Source of the DNA: Methanobacteriota archaeon
GTDB taxonomy: Archaea > Thermoplasmatota > Poseidoniia > Poseidoniales > Poseidoniaceae
Direction: 5' to 3'
NCBI GenBank assembly: GCA_018666575.1
Contig: JABIYX010000018.1
Coordinates: 1-37,500 of the forward strand
Length of the DNA stretch: 37,500 nt
The notes beneath the pieces were generated by a model. The model did not search any database, had not been told where the DNA came from, and worked only from the letters and a program-made list of their open reading frames with translations. Each line of letters begins with the position of its first letter. The stretch's first letter is position 1. The translations under genes were made by a program, and so were the position numbers. Below are positions 23,002 to 31,503 of this stretch, one piece after another.

Positions 23002-25224
23002 TTACTCCTCTTCAGAAGAGCGAGAAAGCGTTGTAGGTATTCGCATTCCCCTTGGTTTACCATCAACATGACCATTCAATTCAATATCAACCTGATTTCC
23101 ATCGCCTGCAAGTTCAACGGTTAAGAAAATCATTGTTCCTTTTGCAATAGTATCAACGAATATTTCCTCGCCTTGGTGAAGTAATCGAGGTTCTACGTTG
23201 GTGACATTCCAAGGGCTTCCATGGGGTGCATCAAATCTGAATGCAGAGACTTCCCATGTTTCATCAGGCGTATGCAGGCCGACCAATAAGGGCCAATTCT
23301 CTGGATTCTTAGCCAGACGTTGATCGAGTTTCCAAATGGCCAAGGATGTTCCTTGTGTAGAGTATGTTCTGTCAGGGACTCCCCATGATTCACACGCTGA
23401 CTGCCATGGAAGTGTTGCGACAGCCTCGAGAGATTTAACAAGAGTTTTCCGAGTCTGTTTTGGAGTCTCTATGCCGCTATCAAGTAACTCGCTGAGAATT
23501 TTCAAGCGTTCTCGAACCGCTCCTAGACGTCGTCCTTCGGAGCGGGTTGAACGGATTTTGTAGAACAGATACGCTGCTGGTAAAATCATCGTGATTCCTA
23601 GAATCCAACGAATAGCCGAACCCCAGAGTTTAGCCTCATCAGATGGAGGGAACCAAGGTTCTTCACCTTCTTCAGTTGTTACCTTAGTCGTGGTTATTGT
23701 ATAGGTCAAACTTTGCAGATCATTACTCCATGTTTGATTGGTGAGGATATTTTCATTTTGGTGTGCGAATTCAATCAAGTGCATCCCAGGGCCTACACTG
23801 AGGTAAACATCCCCTTCATTTGATAGAGGATCAAACTCAATCAGATATTCGGATTTAGTTTCAAAGGTTTCTTGATCGAGCTCCCAGACATTTACCTTCA
23901 AGTCTTGATCACTGGTACGAATGACGATGTGTACTCGGTGCAATGAGTCCACCCATCCATCAACGGATAGGAGGTATACATCGTTCTGGTCCATAGCAGC
24001 CAATGTCAAACTCCCTTCGAAGTTGGCAGTGTTTTCACTGACTAATATTGGCCAACCTTCAATTGTTTCAGGTTCCGTTGGCGAGAAACTGGGTGCATCC
24101 ATAGTGAGGTTCCCATCTGAAAACGATTCAATGGAAACATCAACCCAATGGACATTTGAAGTAATTTTTAACATGGCCATTGTGGAGTTGGGATAAGCAT
24201 AGATGCGTTCAACGGTATTTTTGTTGATCTCAATTTCCGGCATTGGGATCCAATTGGTTCCGATCTTTACTGTTAATGTCGCTTTGATATCTTCAACCAT
24301 AGGTGCAAGTTTCACAAAATTTGTTTCTTTGAAACTGAAGGCTGATTGTGAATGCATGTGGCCTATTTGAGTAAATGTAAACGTCCCATCATCCACTTGT
24401 TGCGTCAGATATTTTGAATGAATTGAGCGCTGAATTGCATAAGCAGATTGAGCAGCAGTTGTAGATATCTTAACAATTAATCTGCCGTCTTCAAGAATCT
24501 CAATGTATTCTGTTGATGTTAAGAGGTCAGGGTTTGTACCTGTTGCAGACTCAATAACCAACGGTAACGAGGTCTCAACTGTTGCATTTTGGAAGAAGAA
24601 ATCAAATCGGATTTGATCAGATGTATGATGTAGTTTCAGTTCTATGAGGTCGCCTTCGAGGGCTTCGATTCCCCAAAATTCCGGAGATTCTGAACGTACC
24701 ATGCCCGATTCAAACCAATCGGATGAAAACGCACCAGCTGAAATCGTATTCAAGTTGCCGCGATGGACATCAATGCATTCCGAAGAAGATGTGCATCGCC
24801 CTTTGGTATCAACATCAAACGTATTTTCTGGGGCAGGGCGTTGGGATGGATGCTGTAAGTCTGGTGCAACGAGTATAGATGTCGTAATTGTTTCAAATTC
24901 CTGTGTTGTGATGGAAATATATGCCAAACCAGTCCCTGAGGCAACAGTTGTTGCTATGGTTGTAGAGGTCGTGGTTGAACCGTTTTCTTCGATTGAAACT
25001 GAGCAGAAATCACAACCAACTGCAACTGAAATGACATCACCTTCAGATACGGGTTCGCTAAAATCGTAGCTTATACCGGCGTCTAATGTGATCATTTGCA
25101 CCCTCTCATCGATGGTGAAAACAGTCGCTGAATCATCTGCAAGTGTGTTTACAGGCAATTGGCAAAGCATGAGCACTGCTAATAGAAACAGACCGGTTCG
25201 ATGCCGTGTAGTCATGCCTCCCAT
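23002..25224 (-). CDS. Single-pass surface protein (740 aa): signal peptide, about 510-aa ectodomain, TM, about 190-aa cytoplasmic domain
   Basis: Signal: RTGLFLLAVLMLCQLPVNTLADD. TM: AIRWILGITMILPAAYLFYKI, followed by RSTRSEGRR (positive-inside). The cytoplasmic part looks globular (..WGVPDRTYSTQGTSLAIWKLD..FRFDAPHGSPWNV..). No recognisable domain. Its stop abuts the dnaJ stop. Confidence 0.65.
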   Translation of the reverse strand: MGGMTTRHRTGLFLLAVLMLCQLPVNTLADDSATVFTIDERVQMITLDAGISYDFSEPVSEGDVISVAVGCDFCSVSIEENGSTTTSTTIATTVASGTGLAYISITTQEFETITTSILVAPDLQHPSQRPAPENTFDVDTKGRCTSSSECIDVHRGNLNTISAGAFSSDWFESGMVRSESPEFWGIEALEGDLIELKLHHTSDQIRFDFFFQNATVETSLPLVIESATGTNPDLLTSTEYIEILEDGRLIVKISTTAAQSAYAIQRSIHSKYLTQQVDDGTFTFTQIGHMHSQSAFSFKETNFVKLAPMVEDIKATLTVKIGTNWIPMPEIEINKNTVERIYAYPNSTMAMLKITSNVHWVDVSIESFSDGNLTMDAPSFSPTEPETIEGWPILVSENTANFEGSLTLAAMDQNDVYLLSVDGWVDSLHRVHIVIRTSDQDLKVNVWELDQETFETKSEYLIEFDPLSNEGDVYLSVGPGMHLIEFAHQNENILTNQTWSNDLQSLTYTITTTKVTTEEGEEPWFPPSDEAKLWGSAIRWILGITMILPAAYLFYKIRSTRSEGRRLGAVRERLKILSELLDSGIETPKQTRKTLVKSLEAVATLPWQSACESWGVPDRTYSTQGTSLAIWKLDQRLAKNPENWPLLVGLHTPDETWEVSAFRFDAPHGSPWNVTNVEPRLLHQGEEIFVDTIAKGTMIFLTVELAGDGNQVDIELNGHVDGKPRGMRIPTTLSRSSEEE

Positions 25225-25256
25225 GAATTACGGTCTTGCACCTACTCTTTCAACAC

Positions 25257-25268
25257 TTTCTTTTTTAT
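25257..25268. promoter_or_regulatory. AT-rich TATA-like tract (TTTCTTTTTTAT) in a divergent promoter region
   Basis: It lies about 45 nt upstream of ATG 25309 (arcS, SD GGAGGG at 25300-25305) and about 40 nt upstream of ATG 25224 on the other strand. It is the only strongly AT-rich element in the 84-nt spacer. By-eye motif call. Confidence 0.25.
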
Positions 25269-25308
25269 GAGTAACACCCTTCAAGAAGCAGAGTACTCAG
25301 GAGGGACT

Positions 25309-27078
25309 ATGGCGGAAGGTCTAGGACGTACAGTCTTGCATCGCTCACGTTTTGCCAGAATCTGGGGTCTTGGGAACAGAAGTGCTCCTGTTGCTCATAC
25401 TCCGTGTTTGATATCTGCTTCAAACGATCCAGAGGAGTTGCTAAGCATTGCACCGTTCCGTTCAAGCCAAACTCGAACCATCCCTGCGAAATTAACGATA
25501 GACACGGTGCATTGTCTTACGCCGCCAAATTTTGACGTTCCAGGTCCTGTTTTCGAAGCATCAATAGGGCACGTTTTACCACCTTCTTTAGACGAAGCGA
25601 ATGCTGGTGAGTCGGCAGATTCAGGCTCGGTTTTACCACTCTCTTGGCAACGGTTACATCATGACCCTTCCCTTCTGGTTGAGGATCTGAAGCCGCATAT
25701 TGTCGTTCTCGTCGATGCTGTTCAACTCGCTGCACAATCTGGGAAGTTGGTTCAAGCGATTAATGTCATTAAAAATAAATTTCCGGGGGCTCTACTCTGG
25801 ACTCCTGGGTTAGGTGGCCCCGATAATGCAGCAGTTCTCGCTTGGTTCGGTGTTGATATCTTTGATTTCTCACGTGCAGGTTTTGCCGTGGCCTCTGGAC
25901 ACCTTCTCACGGCTTTTGGTCCACGTGTACCATTGGATGGCGAGGAATGCTCATCTTCAGTTGCGGTAACTCATTACGATCAATCTCTACGCTCAGTTCG
26001 TTCAGCAATCGCATCAGGCACACTTCGTACACTTGCTGAACAACAGAGTTTGAACAGCCCGAAACTGGTTGAGCATATGCGGTTCTTCGATAAGTTGGTG
26101 AACGAATCGAATAATGTCATGCGCATTCATCCCCTAGGTGTCGACCGAATCGATTATTTGAGCACAACCAGTCATCAAGATTCCTCTGTTGGGCAATGGG
26201 TTGATTTCATTTCGAATCAGTATCAAGTCCCAGAAAAGTTAGACAATGTTCTGGTTCTGCTTCCTTGTTCAGCAAGAAAGCCATATCGATTGTCAAAGTC
26301 TCACCGTAAGTTCATACAAGCCCTTGGGACAAATGCTTGCCATGAAGTCATGGTCACATCACCCCTCGGCCTCGTTCCAAGAGATCTTGAGGATGTCTGG
26401 CCTGCCGCATTTTATGATATCCCTGTGACTGGTGATTGGTCTCGTGATGAACTTCATAGGATCAATTCGATGGTTCGAAACCTTGTTGTTCGGCACAATT
26501 ACGAATGCATCATTAATCACAGCGGGATGGACTTGGAAATTGAAGGATTTGATATCATCGACACAAGACAAGGGGAGAGTTCAGGCTCAAGAAATGCTCT
26601 GCAACGCTTGACTGACGCAGTTCAAACTGCAAAGGAAGAACTCCGTATCCATAGAAGAAAAGGAGAGCGAGTAAACCTTGATCGTTTCATGAGCATATCC
26701 CGTTACCTTCACAAGTCAGATGAATGGCTCAATGATTGCAAAGTCCGCGGTAAACCTCCCCGTTGGAAGATTGAGCGAGATGGGAAGCAGATTGCTCTTT
26801 GGTCATTTGAAAGAGCAGGTTTTTCGTTCAGTAAGGAGGCGGTGAAATATCTTGATTCATGCTCGGCACTTCCCCGTGTTCATCTTGTTGATGACGTGAA
26901 ATGGAAGGGTGATTTACATTATGGAATCGTTAAATCGTTTGAATCAGGAATCCGAATGGGACAAGATCTAATTGTCATGCAAAATGATGTTGCTATCGGT
27001 CTTGCCAGAAGTATTGCACCTGGTTGGGAATGGTCAGGAACTCCTGGTCGTTTGGCAAAAATGCATCAACGAATTTAG
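25309..27078 (+). CDS. arcS: Archaeosine synthase ArcS-like protein (TGT-like N-domain, DUF5591 core, C-terminal PUA)
   Basis: VLVLLPCSARKPYRLSKSHRKF and VTSPLGLVPRDLEDVWPAAFYDIPVTGDW match the PCxxxKPY/SPLGLVPRELE signatures of the ArcS/DUF5591 core. The C-terminal part (..GIRMGQDLIVMQNDVAIGLARS..GRLAKMHQ) looks like a PUA domain. I chose start 25309 because of the SD. The longest ORF (25201) would overlap the divergent gene and the promoter tract. Confidence 0.6.
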   Translation: MAEGLGRTVLHRSRFARIWGLGNRSAPVAHTPCLISASNDPEELLSIAPFRSSQTRTIPAKLTIDTVHCLTPPNFDVPGPVFEASIGHVLPPSLDEANAGESADSGSVLPLSWQRLHHDPSLLVEDLKPHIVVLVDAVQLAAQSGKLVQAINVIKNKFPGALLWTPGLGGPDNAAVLAWFGVDIFDFSRAGFAVASGHLLTAFGPRVPLDGEECSSSVAVTHYDQSLRSVRSAIASGTLRTLAEQQSLNSPKLVEHMRFFDKLVNESNNVMRIHPLGVDRIDYLSTTSHQDSSVGQWVDFISNQYQVPEKLDNVLVLLPCSARKPYRLSKSHRKFIQALGTNACHEVMVTSPLGLVPRDLEDVWPAAFYDIPVTGDWSRDELHRINSMVRNLVVRHNYECIINHSGMDLEIEGFDIIDTRQGESSGSRNALQRLTDAVQTAKEELRIHRRKGERVNLDRFMSISRYLHKSDEWLNDCKVRGKPPRWKIERDGKQIALWSFERAGFSFSKEAVKYLDSCSALPRVHLVDDVKWKGDLHYGIVKSFESGIRMGQDLIVMQNDVAIGLARSIAPGWEWSGTPGRLAKMHQRI

Positions 27079-27140
27079 GTTCATCCAGCGATGCGATTAA
27101 GAAGGGAGAGCAAGTCGCAAGGCTGCTCGGAGTAGTTGAT

Positions 27141-27596
27141 ATGGCACGTATGTACGCATCTAAGAGAGGAAAAAGTGGCTCATCGAAGCCTTACATGACC
27201 GAAGCTCCAGAATGGTCGAACAAAGACGCTAAGGAGATTGAGTCCCTCATTCTTCAATATTCCAAGGATGGAATGTCCACTGCTCAAATCGGCACAATTC
27301 TACGTGATAAGCACGCAGTTCCAAATGTTCGATTAGTCCTCGGAAAGCGCATCGGTGCAGTTCTCAGTGAGAACGGCGAAAGCGGTACATATCCAGAGGA
27401 TTTGATGAATCTCATGCGACAAGCTGTCGCCATTATTGAACATCTCACAACAAACAGCAGAGACCTTCACAACAAGCGTTCGCTTGAACTCACTGAGGCT
27501 AAGATTCGCAGACTTGGAAACTACTACAAGGCTGAAGGTCGATTAGAATCAAACTGGCGCTACAAGCGTGACCAACTCCGACTCATCGTCGAGTGA
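27141..27596 (+). CDS. rps15: 30S ribosomal protein uS15 (archaeal S15P / eukaryotic S13e type)
   Basis: 151 aa from MARMYASKRGKSGSSKPY. The C-terminal HLTTNSRDLHNKRSLELTEAKIRRLGNYYKAEGRLESNWRYKRDQL closely parallels eS13 (HL..N.KD...K..L.L.ES+IHRLARYYK....LP.NWKYE). The longer ORF from 27024 adds a non-homologous extension that overlaps arcS. Confidence 0.9.
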   Translation: MARMYASKRGKSGSSKPYMTEAPEWSNKDAKEIESLILQYSKDGMSTAQIGTILRDKHAVPNVRLVLGKRIGAVLSENGESGTYPEDLMNLMRQAVAIIEHLTTNSRDLHNKRSLELTEAKIRRLGNYYKAEGRLESNWRYKRDQLRLIVE

Positions 27597-27643
27597 TTGG
27601 GAGCATTCATGTGTAACGGGGTTGAGGCCCTGTTGGGTCAGGC

Positions 27644-28546
27644 ATGCACGATTTACTTCAAGCACCATTTCTTTCTCCATTGAAAGATGATCTTGTCAAA
27701 GCATCTCAATTCATTTCGAATGGCCCCTTGATTCTTGCAACCTCTGCAGATTTGGAAGGACTTCTTGCTCTTGGCTTCCTTGAAGCAGCTCTTCTTGATG
27801 CCGGAATTTCGTATTCACGACGGTTTATTCAACCGATGCGTCACATCCCTCGGGATGAGCAAAATATTGTTCCAGAGTTCAATGGAACAAAAATGGTATT
27901 TATTGATTCGTTCGCAAAAACTGAATTAAGCGATTCTGAACATATTCTCATTCTAAAACCAACAGAAGTTGAAGTACAATTTCCTCATTCTGAACAGAAA
28001 AGAAGGGGAACTGTCGATGCGGTCGTACAATCCTCTGCTCTTGCATCAATGATTTCGCCAAATGGGGCAAAAACCTCGAGTTTCCGTTCTTATCTCGGTG
28101 CAGGTCAGTGGCTTATGGAGGGACTCGATACCACGATAGATCCAATCCACACCTTGGTGAGGGATTTTCTTAGAGACGAAGGGACGATTCAGGTTCTCCC
28201 ACTCCCTGAAATAGCTCACCCGTGTATTGATATGATCCCAGGGCTCTCGGAGAGGCGATTGAAGAAACTCAGTACACTATGGGCTGATATGAACGCCAAT
28301 CAGCGTTCTCAAGCGTTGTCAGAATTCAGTCTGCCTGCTTTATCGGCGGAAGGAATATCAACAGCTCGATTTGAAGAGTTGATGTGGAAACGAATGATCA
28401 TTCCAGGTCAAGGAAAAGATTTGGCTTCGATTCTTTATCTCTTGCAAAAACAGTGGCCTGAAACGAAAGATGAATCCATTCTATTTGCAAGCCGTTTGCT
28501 CGATTCATGGCTTCGAACAGGCCACCTTGTTGAAGCGACGGATTGA
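27644..28546 (+). CDS. Hypothetical protein; possible degenerate DHH-family (RecJ/Cdc45/GAN-like) domain
   Basis: 300-aa ORF 47 nt downstream of rps15. The N-terminal LILATSADLEGLLALGFLEAALLDAG resembles DHH motif I (..H.DADGl.Saail...L). VFIDSF could be motif II. No DHH tripeptide is present (ILILKPTE lies at the expected place). The call is also supported by position: from memory, RecJ/GAN genes sit next to rps15 in Thermococcales. Confidence 0.3.
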   Translation: MHDLLQAPFLSPLKDDLVKASQFISNGPLILATSADLEGLLALGFLEAALLDAGISYSRRFIQPMRHIPRDEQNIVPEFNGTKMVFIDSFAKTELSDSEHILILKPTEVEVQFPHSEQKRRGTVDAVVQSSALASMISPNGAKTSSFRSYLGAGQWLMEGLDTTIDPIHTLVRDFLRDEGTIQVLPLPEIAHPCIDMIPGLSERRLKKLSTLWADMNANQRSQALSEFSLPALSAEGISTARFEELMWKRMIIPGQGKDLASILYLLQKQWPETKDESILFASRLLDSWLRTGHLVEATD

Positions 28547-28571
28547 AACATCATGAGAAGGTGGCATTGTT

Positions 28572-28922
28572 ATGGCGATTGAAAGACTGTTAACTGGAAG
28601 TATACGCGAACGTGTACAAGACTTGATGTCAACAGAGGACCTGATAATCGAATCCTTCAAGGACATCGTAAAGGACGAATTAAAACTCCACATACGAAGT
28701 AAAATCGAAGAAGATCCGGATCTACATGCCGAAATTAGGGAAGCCGTTTCCTATTATTTCCAACAAAAAGCGCGTTCAGTCTATGCTGAACTGAAAGCAA
28801 CAAGAGCAGCGACTCGTTTGGGTCTTCGCCTCCTTCCTGACGAACTTCAAGGGGAAGTCGGAGAGGCACTTATTGGTCTGTTCGAAAAAGAACTTGGAAC
28901 ACTCTTGGATAAGGCTCTTTGA
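28572..28922 (+). CDS. Hypothetical small helical protein (116 aa)
   Basis: ATG lies 9 nt after AGGTGG. The charged, helical sequence has no TM segment and no recognisable motif. A 25-nt gap after the upstream gene suggests the same operon. Confidence 0.5.
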   Translation: MAIERLLTGSIRERVQDLMSTEDLIIESFKDIVKDELKLHIRSKIEEDPDLHAEIREAVSYYFQQKARSVYAELKATRAATRLGLRLLPDELQGEVGEALIGLFEKELGTLLDKAL

Positions 28923-29000
28923 AACAAAAAACGAGCCATATCTTCACAGACGAGCGTTGATGTTATACGCTGGTTATGCGGCCAGAGATATGGGGATAGA

Positions 29001-31043
29001 ATGCAAAGACAAGCAGTACTCATACTGAGTTGCTTTCTTTTCGCAATAATTTTACCTTCAAATCAATTGATAGACCACTCATCAGCAGAAGAGGCTATCG
29101 ATTGTTGTGATTCCGTTCAAGCGGATTTGTATCTTCTTGGCTCAGATAGTGCATCGATTTTGAGTCCGTTCGAAGATTTACTCACTGAAACAGCATCATC
29201 AGTAACCATTGAATCTGCATTGACCGCACCAGAACAGATTGAAAAATGGTCACTTCCATCTGCATGGTCCGGAGTCATACCTGAAGGTACTTGGTCTCTT
29301 GAAATGTATTATGTAGTAAGTGAAGCAGGTGGAGCAAATTTGAATTTATCTGCAACAGTAACTGTCGGTGGTTCAACATTTACTGGCTATCTTGATCCTG
29401 GGTCGAGTTTTGTATCTGGCAGTGGAACGTTGACAATTGACATTCCGGTTGAAAGTGTTACTGTAAGCGGCACATCAGAGGTATCTGTCACATTAAGTGC
29501 CCGCACAGTTGTGTTTAGTGTACCAGATGGTCCAGGTGCCACCATTGAATTTTTTTGGGGAAGTGAAGACAAAGATTCGAAACTATCTGCAGACTTACCG
29601 CTTCTTGACTTGAGTTTAGATGAACCAGTTGTTGAAGGAAATCTCGTTTACTTTGGTTTGCGCATTGATTCCCCATTTGGCATGGAGGCTCTCGTATTTT
29701 CCAATTCCATTTCATTAACTGTTAATGGAGTCCTGCTTGTTGGCGACCCTACTGAAGTTACTGAGGGTGATTCTATTCTCGTTATATGGACTTGGGATAC
29801 GGCTTCAGGCGGTGTTGAAACCGTTGATGTATCATCCGAATATACTCTTCAACCAAGTGTGAAACTAACTGTCTCTTCTACATTTGAGGTCGAAACATTT
29901 GACAGCAATGGCGATGGGGGCGGATATTACCCCCTTAACGAGCCACTGAGATCGAGTGGTAGAGGTTCGCCTTTGAGTATAAAAATGGATTTAGAACTTA
30001 CAACTGAGGATAATGGGCTGCGCTTGTCACGGTCAACCACACTCCAGATAGGAGGGGAAATGGCCTTTTGGATGCGATGGGGAATGGATCACATCGGGGA
30101 TGAAGCGATACCTATGACAACGGTGTTGAAGAATTTCCCAGCAGGAGGGGTCTCGGATGATGAGCGTGGAAGTCGATTTATCGAAAGTGTCGAAGTCAAT
30201 CAGTTTGAAGGATTTATGGGGTCCTATTTCACAACGTATTTCCAAGATGGCTTGGGCATTGAATCTGAGGAACTTCTTGGAGACCTTTCAGACTCAGATA
30301 CGTTTGCGATTACATTAGACTTGTTGGGTGAAGAGCGTGTTACAAATGCACCTCTAACCCTTCGCATTGATAGTATAACGCCTCTTGAAAATGGTGCATC
30401 ATACAAACTCATTCGCTCTTTCTTTACTTCACAAACTACGCCCTTGTGGTCAAGTTACGATTTGGCAATTTCGGGTTCCACATCACTCATGTCTTCATTC
30501 ACAATTGTAGATCTTGACTCCTCGGATTTACTCGAGGTTGACCACCTTCGGTTTCCGTGGGGAGAGATGGTTACGATTCGCGGAGATGGATTGACAAAAT
30601 CTGATGATTTTTCAATTAACACCGTCCCAACGACTTCTCCATTGCATTCGCCTCTTACCTTGACACTCATCGTTATTGTAATCTTGGCGGGTGGACTTTT
30701 ACTTGGTTTTAAGATGGTTCGCCAGAGGAATCGGTATCCATTGCTTATTGAAACAATCCTCATCCCCTTAGTTTTCCTCATGCATTTCTTTGCTTACCCG
30801 CCTTTGTTTGTACTTTCGTCAAGCAGTGGTGTCGTCTTGGTATGGTTGGCAACGGCCCTTGTATCTCCGAAGAAGTTGAATGGTGTTGGAAATGATACAC
30901 CCACAAAAGCTCCAAACATTGTTACCTCTTTTCCAACAATTAATTGCCCGCAATGTGGTGTTGCCAACCCCGTTACCTCAACTGAACGCCCGATTCGTTT
31001 GGCATGTACTGGATGTGAACGAATAATCAAGATTGTTGCATGA
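29001..31043 (+). CDS. Surface protein (680 aa): signal peptide, large ectodomain, 3 TM segments, C-terminal cytoplasmic zinc ribbon
   Basis: Signal: AVLILSCFLFAIILPSNQ. The roughly 530-aa T/S/V-rich ectodomain is probably beta-rich. TM segments: LTLTLIVIVILAGGLLLGF, LIETILIPLVFLMHFFAYPPLFVL, GVVLVWLATALV. The terminal CPQCGVANPV...CTGCERIIKI has the CxxC..CxxC pattern. Confidence 0.65.
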   Translation: MQRQAVLILSCFLFAIILPSNQLIDHSSAEEAIDCCDSVQADLYLLGSDSASILSPFEDLLTETASSVTIESALTAPEQIEKWSLPSAWSGVIPEGTWSLEMYYVVSEAGGANLNLSATVTVGGSTFTGYLDPGSSFVSGSGTLTIDIPVESVTVSGTSEVSVTLSARTVVFSVPDGPGATIEFFWGSEDKDSKLSADLPLLDLSLDEPVVEGNLVYFGLRIDSPFGMEALVFSNSISLTVNGVLLVGDPTEVTEGDSILVIWTWDTASGGVETVDVSSEYTLQPSVKLTVSSTFEVETFDSNGDGGGYYPLNEPLRSSGRGSPLSIKMDLELTTEDNGLRLSRSTTLQIGGEMAFWMRWGMDHIGDEAIPMTTVLKNFPAGGVSDDERGSRFIESVEVNQFEGFMGSYFTTYFQDGLGIESEELLGDLSDSDTFAITLDLLGEERVTNAPLTLRIDSITPLENGASYKLIRSFFTSQTTPLWSSYDLAISGSTSLMSSFTIVDLDSSDLLEVDHLRFPWGEMVTIRGDGLTKSDDFSINTVPTTSPLHSPLTLTLIVIVILAGGLLLGFKMVRQRNRYPLLIETILIPLVFLMHFFAYPPLFVLSSSSGVVLVWLATALVSPKKLNGVGNDTPTKAPNIVTSFPTINCPQCGVANPVTSTERPIRLACTGCERIIKIVA

Positions 31044-31082
31044 TGTCAAAACTATCATGAACATCAACCTACAGCCTGCTAC

Positions 31083-31499
31083 ATGAGCGAAACAGTAGCA
31101 GACCTCGTCCTTGATGATGAACACGTAACAATCGGATTAGAAGACTCCTTGGTTGAGGGTTGTAAAAGGCTCGTAAGCATACCTTCAGGAATTCTTGTAG
31201 TCCTTGATGATGATGATCAAGTTAAGGGGGTTATCGGACAACGACAGATGCTCAAAGCAATTGGAAATGGAATTGATGTTTCCGAAACTACCTGTAAGGA
31301 AGTTATGGAAATGGATGTTCTCAAAGTCCCTCTCACTGAGTTAATTGCTGATGTAATTAAATCTGTAAATGAACGCATGCCGCAAGCAGTTGTTGCTGTT
31401 AATGAAAATGGTGCTTTCGAGGGTTATTTTTCTCCAGAAGATTATCGTCAAGCGCAGTCAATCCTCTCTGCGAACCCTTCACTTGGAACTCTTGAATGA
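31083..31499 (+). CDS. CBS-domain pair protein
   Basis: 138 aa with two CBS-like units (ILVVLDDDDQVKGVIGQRQMLKAI and AVVAVNENGAFEGYFSPEDY). No other domain. Confidence 0.7.
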   Translation: MSETVADLVLDDEHVTIGLEDSLVEGCKRLVSIPSGILVVLDDDDQVKGVIGQRQMLKAIGNGIDVSETTCKEVMEMDVLKVPLTELIADVIKSVNERMPQAVVAVNENGAFEGYFSPEDYRQAQSILSANPSLGTLE

Positions 31500-31503
31500 G
31501 ATT

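Noticed and set aside
25201-25308. N-terminal extensions of longest ORFs: 25201 (arcS), 27024 (rps15), 36520 (CARDB-like protein), 36498 (small protein), 18155 (Pcp-Nudix), 4338 (pilin).
   Set aside because: The extensions are non-homologous and overlap divergent genes or promoter tracts. Downstream starts give canonical N-termini (MARMYASKRGK, MNNKRIAF signal peptide, MPRVLLTGF) and/or are preceded by SD sequences.
27617-27632. A small hairpin (CGGGG-ttgagg-CCCTG) between rps15 and the next gene, considered as a terminator or RNA element.
   Set aside because: It has only 5 bp including a G-U pair and no following T-tract. The downstream gene starts 12 nt later and is probably co-transcribed.
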